Virus record (IMG/VR): IMGVR_UViG_3300000059_000035
Span: 1-11,838 of that record
Reading direction: 5' to 3' (one strand)
From: a virus
Lineage: Duplodnaviria > Heunggongvirae > Uroviricota > Caudoviricetes
Length of the DNA: 11,838 nt
Each line of letters opens with the position of its first letter. The first letter of the stretch is position 1. Shown one piece after another: positions 1-8,094 of the stretch. The notes under the pieces are model-generated. The model was not told where the DNA came from and made no database searches. It saw only the letters and a list, made by a program, of their open reading frames with translations. The position numbers were made by a program, and so were the translations under genes.

Positions 1-1
1 C

Positions 2-3000
2 CTGAAAGTCGTCGATGGCATTCTGGTATCTCCGGACGATTACGAAGGTAAGGACGGGGTATTTACCGGCTATCAGCTACGAACCGTAAACGGCAAAAAC
101 GGGAATGAGTTCAAGAAGGCCAACAATAAAGACGGCTTCCTGAACCAGTTAGAAAACTACCTGAACGGTGTTAAACCGCGTGGGCAGAACGCTAACGAGT
201 ACCTGGATAAAATTGCTCAACTGGAAGTTAGTTTTAACGACTGGTTACGCACCCACCCGCAGGCGGATCAGATAGCCCGCGAGTATAACGACGCATTCAA
301 TGGCTTCATTCCGTTCACGCACTCTAACGCACCGCTTGGCCTGGAAGGGATTAGTGGAAAGCGCATTCCTCTGACTTATCAGAATGAAGAAGTTCGGCGC
401 TTGTCAGAAGATGGGCGCGGCATCATGGGATTTGGTACCGGGCTGGGTAAAACCACGACCGCGCTTGCGCTTGAGGCGTATAACTTCGAAACAGGTCGCA
501 CTAAACGCACGTGTATTGTTGTTCCGAAGGCGGTTTATCAGAACTGGTATCACGAGGCACAGAGCTTCTACAGTGCTGATGCCTTCGCAAATATGATGTT
601 TATCGGTCTGGATGAAGTTCGTGATGAAGACGGCAATATTCTGACCGCGCCGGTGCTTGATGAAAATGGCGAACCCCGCCTCGACAGTAACGGGCAGCCT
701 CTTACCAGAAATGTTGTGAAAGAGTCCGCCAGCGCCGTTATCGTTCAGCGCATGAACATGATCCCGTCGTCAAATTGGCGAACGGTCATCATGACAAAAG
801 AACAATTCGCGTCTATCCCGCTACGAGAAAAAACCATCGAGGAGAACTCACAGCAAGCTGTCTTTAATGCTGTGGAAATGGGGCGTCTTGACCTGGCGTC
901 TGGTAAACACCGTGATGCGCAGAAGAAGAACAAGATTAAGGATCAGGCCGCGGATACCGGTACAACGAAGAAGCAGAATATCCCGTACTTTGAGGATATG
1001 AACTTCGATAGCGTGATTGCCGACGAGGGGCATAACTACCGCAACTCCTTTAATGCCGGGCGTGAAGCGGGACAACTGGCATATTTGCCTAACCCGGCAG
1101 TATCCAAGATGGCCCGCGACATGGCTGTAAAAGCTGCGTACATGATGAAACGCAACAACGGGCGTGGTGTAGTCATGCTGACGGCAACACCGCTGGTGAA
1201 CAGTCCGATTGATGCCTTCAACATGCTGTCTACTGTCATTCCGCAGGAAGAGTGGATGCGCATGGGCATCATTACGCCTGATGATTTCGTTCGTGTGTTT
1301 GGTAAAACAGCCACAGTTCAGGTCCAGAAAATTTCCGGGGAAGTGGAAGAGAAGCAGGGGCTGGTTGGCTTCCAGAACCTTGATGGCCTGCGTGGTATTT
1401 TCCATCGCTGGACTACTCTGAAGACTGCTGCGGACGTCGGGGCGACGGTTAAAATCCCTGATATTGTCGAGAATACCTTGCAGATCCCGATGACAGGGGA
1501 GCAGGAGGCTGCTTATGAAGAGCTTCGTAAGCGTGCACAGGAGTTAAGTAGTAAAGATGCGCTGACGGTTGATGAAAACGGGCATATCACAAACGAAAAA
1601 CCGGATGATTTCATCTTCTCCATCATCCGCGACATGGATAAGGTTGCTATAGATCCGGATCTGTATGCCAGTGCGATTACATTCCAGTTCCCCGTTGAGC
1701 TTGCAGACAAGGTAAAAGCTATTGCTGATGCCCTGCCAAAAGTAGCTGGCGGTAAAGTGGCAGATGATGCAGACGAGGCCGAAGAAGACGGCGCTGGTGG
1801 GCTGGTTAGTACGCGCACCAGTAAGGTAGTGAAGACCACCTTTAGTGAACATCCGGCGCATGTTGAAATACGTGCCAGCATTGAACTGGAAGCTGAAATA
1901 CTGAAGGCCATTGCTGCCGCCGGGATTGATCTGCAGCAGGTATCACACCCCATCCCGCCGAAGTATGCCGCGCTGATCGAAAACCTTCGTGAAGGTCTGA
2001 AGAACGGTAAACAAATTGTCTTCATTGATGAAAAAGCCCAGCACCAGAAGCTGCGCCGTATTATCGCCAGTGCACTGCAAATGCCGGAGCAGGAGATAGG
2101 CATTATCAATGCGACGACCGTTAGCCAGGCTGGCGGCATCAAGCTGAAGAAGGTGAATAAGCCGACTGAACCTACTCCGAATAAAAACGGTGAATACAAA
2201 GAAGGGGCATGGGAAACCTACTACAGCAAACTTGCCCAATATGAGGATTATCTCTCAGCTAAAAATGATGCTGGCCTTGAGGGTATGGAAGGCATTGCCG
2301 CCGACTATAACGAAGGGCGCACGCGCATCATTATCTGTAACAAGAAGGCTGAAGTAGGTATTAACCTGCATATCGGGACAACCGATATCCACCACCTGAC
2401 ACTACCCTGGACACCAGCCAGTATCGACCAACGAAATGGGCGCGGTGCGCGCGTAGGTTCACCGCAAGAGAAGGTCAATGTTCACTACTATTGTGGCAAA
2501 GGCACATTCGACGACTTCCGTCTGGATACGCTGAAACGTAAGAAAGACTGGATCAAGATGGTGATGACCTCCGATATGTCAGAGATCGCCAATGGTGATG
2601 CGGATGATGCTGATGAACGCGCCATTATGCTGGCGGCAAACCCGGAAGAACGCCGCGCAATCATGGCTCGCCAGGCGCAAGAGCGTGAAGAACGTCTGAA
2701 ACTGAAAGCACAGCGCGAGGCCAACAATGCTCTCGATATCTACCTAAAAGCGGCAAACGCCGCCGGAAAAGATATCGGCATGATGGAGACAGAACTGAAA
2801 AGCGCGATGGAGCAGATAGAGTATTACCAGCGCAATCTTGACGACCTGATAAAAGCGGGCACGAACAGGAATGGGCAAAAATACGCGCTTGAGCAGTTGA
2901 GTAGCTACAGAAAACGTGCGCGGGTGCTGCGGTTTGCGATCACCAGGGCAAAAGACGCGGATACCATAATGAAACGCTCTCGTGGTGATGTGGAGCGCGC

Positions 3001-4735
3001 TATTAAGTCTGGTGTGCTGGATATCAGTATCGATGTTATTCAGAACCCACAGGAATATATGCGCACTGACAAGAATATCCTGTTGCATAAAGGTAGTTAT
3101 TACCGTGCAGTCATTGATGATCGCGAAACAACAGCGATTGTCCGGGTGGAAAAAATTGACGGTGAAAAAGCACAGTACATCTGCCGTATCGCCTGGCTGG
3201 ATAGAGCAAGTCGTTACGCTCGATCACCGGGGTCAATCGTTACATTGCCGTTTGACTCTGTGATTGAAGCGGTAACTTTTGAAGAGGGGGTAGCTGAATC
3301 GCGCGCAACGGCTGCGCGTGGTGTTCAGTGCCACCAGCTATCAACAATACTTACTCGCGATCAGTTCTATGATGCTATTCGCAATGGGGTAATGAATGTT
3401 ATTGCTGGTAAACCTGGTAATGCATGGGGCGGTGGGTCAGCTATTAAATACTGGGCATATCGCACAGATGATGGTCAGATCGCGCTGTCATCGGCCTATG
3501 ATGGCGTGATAGGCCAAAAAATCGGGCGAGCATCGGATATAGCACCTGAACGATGGATATATCCAGATGGCAACGATGAGGCGCTGAAGCGTGAAGTGGC
3601 AAAAATACAAGCCAGTGATAACCCGCTGAATATCGTGGACGGAGAGGGATTCCTCCAGGCATTGTATGGGTATGATTACATCCAGGGAATGCAGGCATGG
3701 GGCGCACAGGCAACGATGGATGATGTTGCCAAGGAGTTCGAAAACTGGATGGCTGGGCGTGGTCTGTCAGGTCGTTCGCTTAATAAAGTCACTTCTGAAG
3801 ATATTCTTAGCCTGTTCCGCAAACCGTCCGGAGAAGGTCTGGAATCATTCTGGAGGACCGTGCTGGCATACCGTTTATTCCAGGGCAGGATGAAAGCCTT
3901 TAGCAATATCGATGATATTGAACGGATGTTTAATCAGGTCAAGATAGCGAAAATTAAGACGAAGATCGAAAAAACACGTTCTGCGCTGGTGGCCTGGCGC
4001 GATGCATTGTTTGAGCAATATAAATCACTCAGTGATGCAGATGGATGGGCGGCACTGGAACAGTTGGCGAATAATGGGGTAGATGGAGCGAAACTCGCCA
4101 TTGTCCAGGCTGATAACCCCCTGGAATCACCGGCAGCACAGTGGATTAAGGTGGGGGCTGTCATCAATGCATTTGATGAAAAACACATTAGTAAGGACGA
4201 TTTTGCTGATGCTGTTTCTGTTAATCGCCTGGTAGAAATGGCTACCCGCCGCGCCCGTGAGTTGAAAGACGGTGACTATGTGAATGAGTTGCCGGATGCG
4301 CTCAAATCAGCAACGTGGCAAGACTATGTATCGCTGAAAAACGGCGGGGCCACCGAATCAGAGATCGCGGAAAGGCTTGAACAGGCTGAAAGCAAAAGAG
4401 AAGAGCAGGCGGCAGTGGCAGAAGCCAGAGCTGATGAAGCGGCGAATGATGACTATATCATTGTGGTTAATGATAAGCCGATTCGCGCTAAGGCGCGTGT
4501 TCGCGGGCGCTGGTGGAGCGTCAGCGAGGACGTTGGCGCGGTTTATCTCATTGCCGACCAACCAGGTTCCTCGACAATACGGAACGCCAAAGACGCGATT
4601 AAGAAGATTGGCGGGCGTTTCTGGAATTTTGAAGTGAATCCGGTCGCGGATGTGGACTTTGACCGTCCGGCGTGGATGGTATCTACGCGTTACTCGGTAG
4701 ATGAACTGCGTAAAATAATCGCCGATGCGGCTTAA
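2..4735 (+). CDS. Giant multidomain protein, 5'-truncated by the window edge (1578 codons visible); SF2 DEGH-box helicase core followed by a ~750-aa C-terminal region of unknown function
   Basis: Frame 2 is open from position 2 through the TTG at 401 where the ORF track begins (I walked every codon; no stop), ending at TAA 4733-4735. Walker A GFGTGLGKTT at 428-460, DEGH box at 1022-1033, LTATP (motif III-like) at 1178-1192, motif VI QRNGRGARVG at 2429-2458. Acidic tract DDADEAEEDG and a charged coiled-coil-like segment (ERRAIMARQAQEREERLKLK). No convincing start or RBS in-window, so the N-terminus lies upstream. Confidence 0.85.
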   Translation: MKVVDGILVSPDDYEGKDGVFTGYQLRTVNGKNGNEFKKANNKDGFLNQLENYLNGVKPRGQNANEYLDKIAQLEVSFNDWLRTHPQADQIAREYNDAFNGFIPFTHSNAPLGLEGISGKRIPLTYQNEEVRRLSEDGRGIMGFGTGLGKTTTALALEAYNFETGRTKRTCIVVPKAVYQNWYHEAQSFYSADAFANMMFIGLDEVRDEDGNILTAPVLDENGEPRLDSNGQPLTRNVVKESASAVIVQRMNMIPSSNWRTVIMTKEQFASIPLREKTIEENSQQAVFNAVEMGRLDLASGKHRDAQKKNKIKDQAADTGTTKKQNIPYFEDMNFDSVIADEGHNYRNSFNAGREAGQLAYLPNPAVSKMARDMAVKAAYMMKRNNGRGVVMLTATPLVNSPIDAFNMLSTVIPQEEWMRMGIITPDDFVRVFGKTATVQVQKISGEVEEKQGLVGFQNLDGLRGIFHRWTTLKTAADVGATVKIPDIVENTLQIPMTGEQEAAYEELRKRAQELSSKDALTVDENGHITNEKPDDFIFSIIRDMDKVAIDPDLYASAITFQFPVELADKVKAIADALPKVAGGKVADDADEAEEDGAGGLVSTRTSKVVKTTFSEHPAHVEIRASIELEAEILKAIAAAGIDLQQVSHPIPPKYAALIENLREGLKNGKQIVFIDEKAQHQKLRRIIASALQMPEQEIGIINATTVSQAGGIKLKKVNKPTEPTPNKNGEYKEGAWETYYSKLAQYEDYLSAKNDAGLEGMEGIAADYNEGRTRIIICNKKAEVGINLHIGTTDIHHLTLPWTPASIDQRNGRGARVGSPQEKVNVHYYCGKGTFDDFRLDTLKRKKDWIKMVMTSDMSEIANGDADDADERAIMLAANPEERRAIMARQAQEREERLKLKAQREANNALDIYLKAANAAGKDIGMMETELKSAMEQIEYYQRNLDDLIKAGTNRNGQKYALEQLSSYRKRARVLRFAITRAKDADTIMKRSRGDVERAIKSGVLDISIDVIQNPQEYMRTDKNILLHKGSYYRAVIDDRETTAIVRVEKIDGEKAQYICRIAWLDRASRYARSPGSIVTLPFDSVIEAVTFEEGVAESRATAARGVQCHQLSTILTRDQFYDAIRNGVMNVIAGKPGNAWGGGSAIKYWAYRTDDGQIALSSAYDGVIGQKIGRASDIAPERWIYPDGNDEALKREVAKIQASDNPLNIVDGEGFLQALYGYDYIQGMQAWGAQATMDDVAKEFENWMAGRGLSGRSLNKVTSEDILSLFRKPSGEGLESFWRTVLAYRLFQGRMKAFSNIDDIERMFNQVKIAKIKTKIEKTRSALVAWRDALFEQYKSLSDADGWAALEQLANNGVDGAKLAIVQADNPLESPAAQWIKVGAVINAFDEKHISKDDFADAVSVNRLVEMATRRARELKDGDYVNELPDALKSATWQDYVSLKNGGATESEIAERLEQAESKREEQAAVAEARADEAANDDYIIVVNDKPIRAKARVRGRWWSVSEDVGAVYLIADQPGSSTIRNAKDAIKKIGGRFWNFEVNPVADVDFDRPAWMVSTRYSVDELRKIIADAA

Positions 4736-4746
4736 CAGATAAGGAG

Positions 4747-4764
4747 CGGCCCCAGCCGGGGCCG
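4747..4764 (+). other. GC-rich hairpin (7-bp stem CGGCCCC/GGGGCCG, 4-nt loop) between an AAGGAG Shine-Dalgarno (4741-4746) and the ATG at 4772
   Basis: Perfect inverted repeat read directly; no U-tract follows, so it is not a canonical intrinsic terminator. Confidence 0.6.
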
Positions 4765-4771
4765 GATTTGA

Positions 4772-5206
4772 ATGACGACATTAATTGACACTGTAAAACC
4801 GACGGAATCCTACCTTGAGGATATTTTGCCGCAGGCGCTCAATGGCAGGAGTGAAGAGGCGTTTCTGGATGCATATCTGGATGGTATGGTGGAAAGGCTG
4901 AAACGAGATCCACAGCTTTATCACCTTTATGGCCCGTGGTGGCCTGCGCTTAAAACGTTATTGCTGGAGCGCGGCGACATATCATTTGGACAAGTTGTAG
5001 ATAGTGATGTGGCAGAGATCTACAAAATGAGTCGCCCGGCGCTTACGGTTTTAGCCGGGCATCTGTATTCAAGCGATCGCCTGGAAAATGACGCGGTATA
5101 CAATCCCGTTCATGCTCTGGAAGTCGCGCCTTATGCTGATGATACAGAGCCATATGTGTACACAAGTTACGACGAGTCGATAGAGAAATATCGAATCATG
5201 GGGTAG
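4772..5206 (+). CDS. Hypothetical acidic protein, 144 aa
   Basis: ATG ORF 36 nt downstream of the giant gene stop; about 25 D/E versus 12 K/R by my count; stop TAG 5204-5206 lies 2 nt before the next ATG. Confidence 0.6.
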   Translation: MTTLIDTVKPTESYLEDILPQALNGRSEEAFLDAYLDGMVERLKRDPQLYHLYGPWWPALKTLLLERGDISFGQVVDSDVAEIYKMSRPALTVLAGHLYSSDRLENDAVYNPVHALEVAPYADDTEPYVYTSYDESIEKYRIMG

Positions 5207-5208
5207 CT

Positions 5209-5469
5209 ATGCGAAAGAATCGTAGGTTTACGATCGACGACTTAAAAGCGTACTCACAAGGGAAGGGATACGCCCTTGAATACCACCGTTATAAGCGGGT
5301 ATTTACCCTGCGGCATATAGAAAACCCTTCGAAATGGGGATGGATTTATTTTCCGCACACTGACGATAAGCTGGTGGGCCTTGTTGATGATTTATCCTAT
5401 GAAGGATGGATGATCGCTATCGACAAGGCGGTTACAGAAATTAACGAACCGGATAAAATAAACCATTAA
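5209..5469 (+). CDS. Hypothetical protein, 86 aa
   Basis: ATG at 5209 is 2 nt after the upstream stop (TAGCTATG), suggesting translational coupling; same strand and context. No recognisable motif. Confidence 0.5.
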   Translation: MRKNRRFTIDDLKAYSQGKGYALEYHRYKRVFTLRHIENPSKWGWIYFPHTDDKLVGLVDDLSYEGWMIAIDKAVTEINEPDKINH

Positions 5470-5473
5470 AAAT

Positions 5474-5513
5474 AACAAGTTGGGTAAATGACATACAATT
5501 TACCCGGCTTGTT
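5474..5513 (+). other. Long hairpin just after the 86-aa gene (16-bp stem with two G-U pairs, 8-nt loop); possible terminator or RNA stabiliser lacking a U-tract
   Basis: AACAAGTTGGGTAAAT (5474-5489) pairs with ATTTACCCGGCTTGTT (5498-5513); core GGGTAAAT/ATTTACCC is a perfect 8-bp inverted repeat. Confidence 0.5.
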
Positions 5514-5592
5514 GACCCGCATCACCATTTACTCTAAAAACAAGTCCGACCTGTTGCATCCGCCTATCTCTTTAGTAGTATTTCCCCCGGTT

Positions 5593-5620
5593 TTGATAAA
5601 ACTAACGCTCTTGTTATTAT
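5593..5620 (+). promoter_or_regulatory. Candidate sigma70-type promoter (-35 TTGATA, 16-bp spacer, -10 TATTAT)
   Basis: TTGATA at 5593-5598 and TATTAT at 5615-5620, about 35 nt upstream of the VRR-NUC ORF start. Confidence 0.4.
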
Positions 5621-5644
5621 CGTGATCATGATTTCAGGAAGTTT

Positions 5645-5654
5645 GTGTTAGAAA
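5645..5654 (+). promoter_or_regulatory. Copy of the recurring GTGTTAGAAA motif, ending 1 nt before the TTG start at 5656
   Basis: Exact 10-mer shared with 7945-7954 and 8095-8104. Confidence 0.4.
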
Positions 5655-5655
5655 T

Positions 5656-6102
5656 TTGATTCGAAGACGCAGGCATCATAGTGCGTATTCTGAAATATCC
5701 CCGCACGCTGCTGCACTAAGAGAGTTAGAAAGAAATCCTGACTTACTAAAAAGGAATTACGAACATTACGAACAGGTTCGCGTTCTGGATTGGCTGTATC
5801 GCAACATGCGATACGTGTATGAGCACACACACTCAACACCGAACGGCGGCCTGAGAGGCAAAAGGACAGCCATTAAGATGGTGGCAGAAGGTCAGAAGAA
5901 GGGCTATCCGGACCTTTCTATTGACCTTGCTCGTGGTGGGTATCACGGAATGCGCATTGAGATGAAGCACGGGAGAAACCGTCTGACTCCCGAACAGCTC
6001 GTCTGGATGACCCGCCTCACGGAAGCAGGCTATTACTGCTTTGAGGCGCGCAGTGCCGATGAAGCCATAAAAGCTATCACGGAATATGTAAATCTTGATT
6101 AA
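5656..6102 (+). CDS. VRR-NUC domain nuclease (PD-(D/E)xK superfamily), 148 aa if the TTG start is used
   Basis: Conserved VRR-NUC-like segments read in the translation: HSTPNGG, GYPDLSI, RIEMKHG (E-x-K), TPEQLVWMTRLTEAGYYCF. Stop TAA 6100-6102. Start is uncertain: the only in-frame start codon before the conserved N-terminal region is TTG at 5656, with weak SD. Confidence 0.7.
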   Translation: MIRRRRHHSAYSEISPHAAALRELERNPDLLKRNYEHYEQVRVLDWLYRNMRYVYEHTHSTPNGGLRGKRTAIKMVAEGQKKGYPDLSIDLARGGYHGMRIEMKHGRNRLTPEQLVWMTRLTEAGYYCFEARSADEAIKAITEYVNLD

Positions 6103-6116
6103 ACGGAGAAATCGTT

Positions 6117-6317
6117 TTGCGTTTACTTAACGTGGCTGAACTTATCCCTGCCGGTGCTAACGTTGTTGCTCGTCGCTGCTCATGGCCTCATTCTTTCTGT
6201 ATAGAGCTTAAAAAGATGGATGATGGGGCATTAGAAGCCCGAAACATAGTTACCGGCGACAAGGTATGCATTACCCCGGAAAGCGCGAAAGCCAATGATT
6301 GGGAGTTTGTTCATTGA
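6117..6317 (+). CDS. Hypothetical small protein, 66 aa (TTG start)
   Basis: GGAG at 6104-6107 lies 9 nt upstream of TTG 6117; stop TGA 6315-6317. No motif recognised; short, so uncertain. Confidence 0.35.
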   Translation: MRLLNVAELIPAGANVVARRCSWPHSFCIELKKMDDGALEARNIVTGDKVCITPESAKANDWEFVH

Positions 6318-6625
6318 GCAGAAAACACCACGTAAATCTGACGTTTGCTGATGACGCCGGAAGAACCAGAAGCATAACCATGAAAGTTGCTTCCAGGAAA
6401 GTAACCGCTCCACTTATACGAGAGGCCGTAAGTGAACTTGAGATGAGTGAGAATGCAGCTCTGTTATCGGTAAGCTGGCTGGGGAAAATGACGGATCAGG
6501 AATACTCGGATGGTATACCCCACGGTGAGCGGCAGATAGTAAAGCGCGCGCTTAGAATTTCAGAGGTAGTTGTCGTACTGATAGCTTTGATTTATATGGC
6601 ATACATGCTACTTCAACACGTCTAA
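6314..6625 (+). CDS. Hypothetical small protein with a C-terminal hydrophobic (probable transmembrane) segment; start uncertain (TTG 6314 or ATG 6380)
   Basis: TTG 6314-6316 overlaps the upstream TGA (TTGA) with GGGAG at 6301-6305; alternative ATG at 6380. C-terminus ISEVVVVLIALIYMAYMLLQHV is strongly hydrophobic. Stop TAA 6623-6625. Confidence 0.4.
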   Translation: MSRKHHVNLTFADDAGRTRSITMKVASRKVTAPLIREAVSELEMSENAALLSVSWLGKMTDQEYSDGIPHGERQIVKRALRISEVVVVLIALIYMAYMLLQHV

Positions 6626-6633
6626 ACGGTCAT

Positions 6634-6660
6634 AAACCCGCCAGTTGGCGGGTTTTTTGT
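6634..6660 (+). terminator. Rho-independent terminator
   Basis: Stem CCCGCC (6637-6642) / GGCGGG (6647-6652), loop AGTT, followed by TTTTTT (6653-6658). Confidence 0.8.
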
Positions 6661-6676
6661 TGCCTGAGTCTTTTTA

Positions 6677-6713
6677 TTGAAATTGCATACTAATAAAATA
6701 TGTTAGAAAACTA
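6677..6713 (+). promoter_or_regulatory. Candidate promoter for the 402-aa gene (-35 TTGAAA, 16-bp spacer, -10 TATGTT) overlapping a TGTTAGAAAACTA motif copy
   Basis: TTGAAA 6677-6682, TATGTT 6699-6704; motif GTTAGAAAACTA at 6702-6713; the ATG at 6735 has an AGGGAA-type SD. Confidence 0.5.
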
Positions 6714-6734
6714 ATTTCAAGAAAGGGAACAAAC

Positions 6735-7943
6735 ATGAGTCAGCAAGTAGAATCATCAAGCCTGGAGATCATCTCAACCGCAATTGAAACGCTGCGGACA
6801 CAAATCGCGCTTATACAGAAACGAAATCCGGGCGATGACCTGTCAAAGCGACTGCATGAGAGCGTCATTGCCACTACAGATAACCTGGTGGCGGAAATCA
6901 ACCAGCTCCTTGATGATGGGGCAGTTGATTACAATAAGCTGGTGGATCAGTTTGAGGAATATCAGCAAGCCGTTAATGATGGCTTGATCCGTTTTTCTCA
7001 AGTCACTGGTGTATCAGCGACAGTTGAAAGCCTGGGGGATGCTGTTAATCAATTTGCCGCGAATATGCGTAATGAGATCGGCAATCTGGAGGCGCGTCTT
7101 GAGCAGGCAAATACACTGCGCAAATCTGCTGAAGTCGATTTGAGTCGTTACAAAAAAGACTATCCGCCAAGCCTGACAAAACGACTGGATGTTGCGGAGA
7201 AAGATAACCGCACGCTGAAAAGAGAGCGTCGGGAACTAAAAGAGCGTTTAACCAAGCTAAATCAGCAATGCGTTGAGTATCAAGGCGAACTCGTCACGCT
7301 GCGTAAAAAGTTAGCAGCGGCGCAGAGCATTATTGAAACATTGAAACGAGAGTGCTCAGAGCTTGGTCATGATCTGAATCGCGCCTGTGGCATGGGGCAA
7401 AGGCCAGAGACATTCCCGCTAATGTATGACGGAAGAGAAGCTATTGCCTATATCCATGAGTTTCCGCATGGTCTGGTCGCGGAGACTGGGCAACGTGGCG
7501 AAGCGTTGCTGACGGCAAATTACCATCAGCAAATCAGAACCAGCCGCCTGCTGACGATGGATGTGATCCCGTCAGTATGGGGAACGCCGCTTTACTACCG
7601 AATTCCTGGCTTCGAAACTGACTGGAATACCGACATAGACGAATGTCTGGCAGATAAAATTATGGCGTACCTTGAAACGGATTTTCCACGCTTGCATCGC
7701 CGGATTATGGACTCTAAGGATGCACCGATCGACGAATTGAAAATGCGTCCAGAGACGTTGGAGGCAATCAAGCAGACTGAGTTTGATACAGTGTTCAGTG
7801 TGGCCTGCATTCCAAGCAGCTTTCATGAAAGCATTCCGTTCATGCAGGGCGATCGACGTCAGGAAATAATTGATGCTTGCCGGGTATGGGCGAACGAGTG
7901 GGATAAGAAGAACGGTGGAGTTGAAAATCTTTACGGGAAATAA
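6735..7943 (+). CDS. Hypothetical protein, 402 aa: N-terminal ~220 aa predicted coiled coil, C-terminal ~180 aa globular domain of unknown function
   Basis: ATG with SD; long ORF; heptad-like charged segments (for example RLDVAEKDNRTLKRERRELKERLTKLNQQCVEYQGELVTLRKKLAAAQ); flanked by a terminator upstream and a palindrome downstream. No catalytic motif recognised. Confidence 0.75.
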   Translation: MSQQVESSSLEIISTAIETLRTQIALIQKRNPGDDLSKRLHESVIATTDNLVAEINQLLDDGAVDYNKLVDQFEEYQQAVNDGLIRFSQVTGVSATVESLGDAVNQFAANMRNEIGNLEARLEQANTLRKSAEVDLSRYKKDYPPSLTKRLDVAEKDNRTLKRERRELKERLTKLNQQCVEYQGELVTLRKKLAAAQSIIETLKRECSELGHDLNRACGMGQRPETFPLMYDGREAIAYIHEFPHGLVAETGQRGEALLTANYHQQIRTSRLLTMDVIPSVWGTPLYYRIPGFETDWNTDIDECLADKIMAYLETDFPRLHRRIMDSKDAPIDELKMRPETLEAIKQTEFDTVFSVACIPSSFHESIPFMQGDRRQEIIDACRVWANEWDKKNGGVENLYGK

Positions 7944-7944
7944 T

Positions 7945-7976
7945 GTGTTAGAAAACTAAAATTATCTTTCTAACAT
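7945..7976 (+). promoter_or_regulatory. Palindromic operator-like site: GTGTTAGAAA - 12 bp - TTTCTAACAT
   Basis: Arms 7945-7954 and 7967-7976 are reverse complements at 9 of 10 positions; it sits 2 nt after the stop codon of the 402-aa gene. Confidence 0.5.
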
Positions 7977-8011
7977 GTTGATTATGGGATTAACTTAACA
8001 TAGAATTTTTC

Positions 8012-8081
8012 GTGCTGGTGGGGAGCTTCCCATGTCGCTTGCGGGTTTGATAGTCACTTCATTGTCTTCCCCCACCAGCAC
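8012..8081. repeat. Long-stem inverted repeat (about 13-bp stem with one bulge, 43-nt interior), tRNA-sized (70 nt)
   Basis: GTGCTGGTGGGGA (8012-8024) pairs with TCCCCCACCAGCAC (8068-8081). Confidence 0.45.
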
Positions 8082-8094
8082 CAAACAAACTTAA

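Noticed and set aside
384-596. 70-aa + strand ORF in an alternative frame
   Set aside because: Lies entirely inside the giant frame-2 ORF, which has coherent helicase motifs; R-rich, low-complexity translation typical of off-frame reads.
745-4188. Multiple - strand ORFs from the track (for example 848-1405, 1513-2199, 1943-2239, 2744-3088, 3444-3713, 3934-4188)
   Set aside because: All are antisense to the continuous giant + strand ORF, lack recognisable motifs, and have Cys/Ser/Arg-rich low-complexity translations; interpreted as shadow ORFs.
6784-7826. Internal or antisense ORFs within the 402-aa gene (6784-6987 +, 7572-7826 -, 7595-7810 -)
   Set aside because: Embedded in a longer, better-supported ORF that has an SD and start codon; no independent signals.
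7945-7976. Palindrome after the 402-aa gene as an intrinsic terminator
   Set aside because: AT-rich stem with a 12-nt loop and no U-tract immediately downstream; more consistent with a protein-binding site built from the recurring motif.
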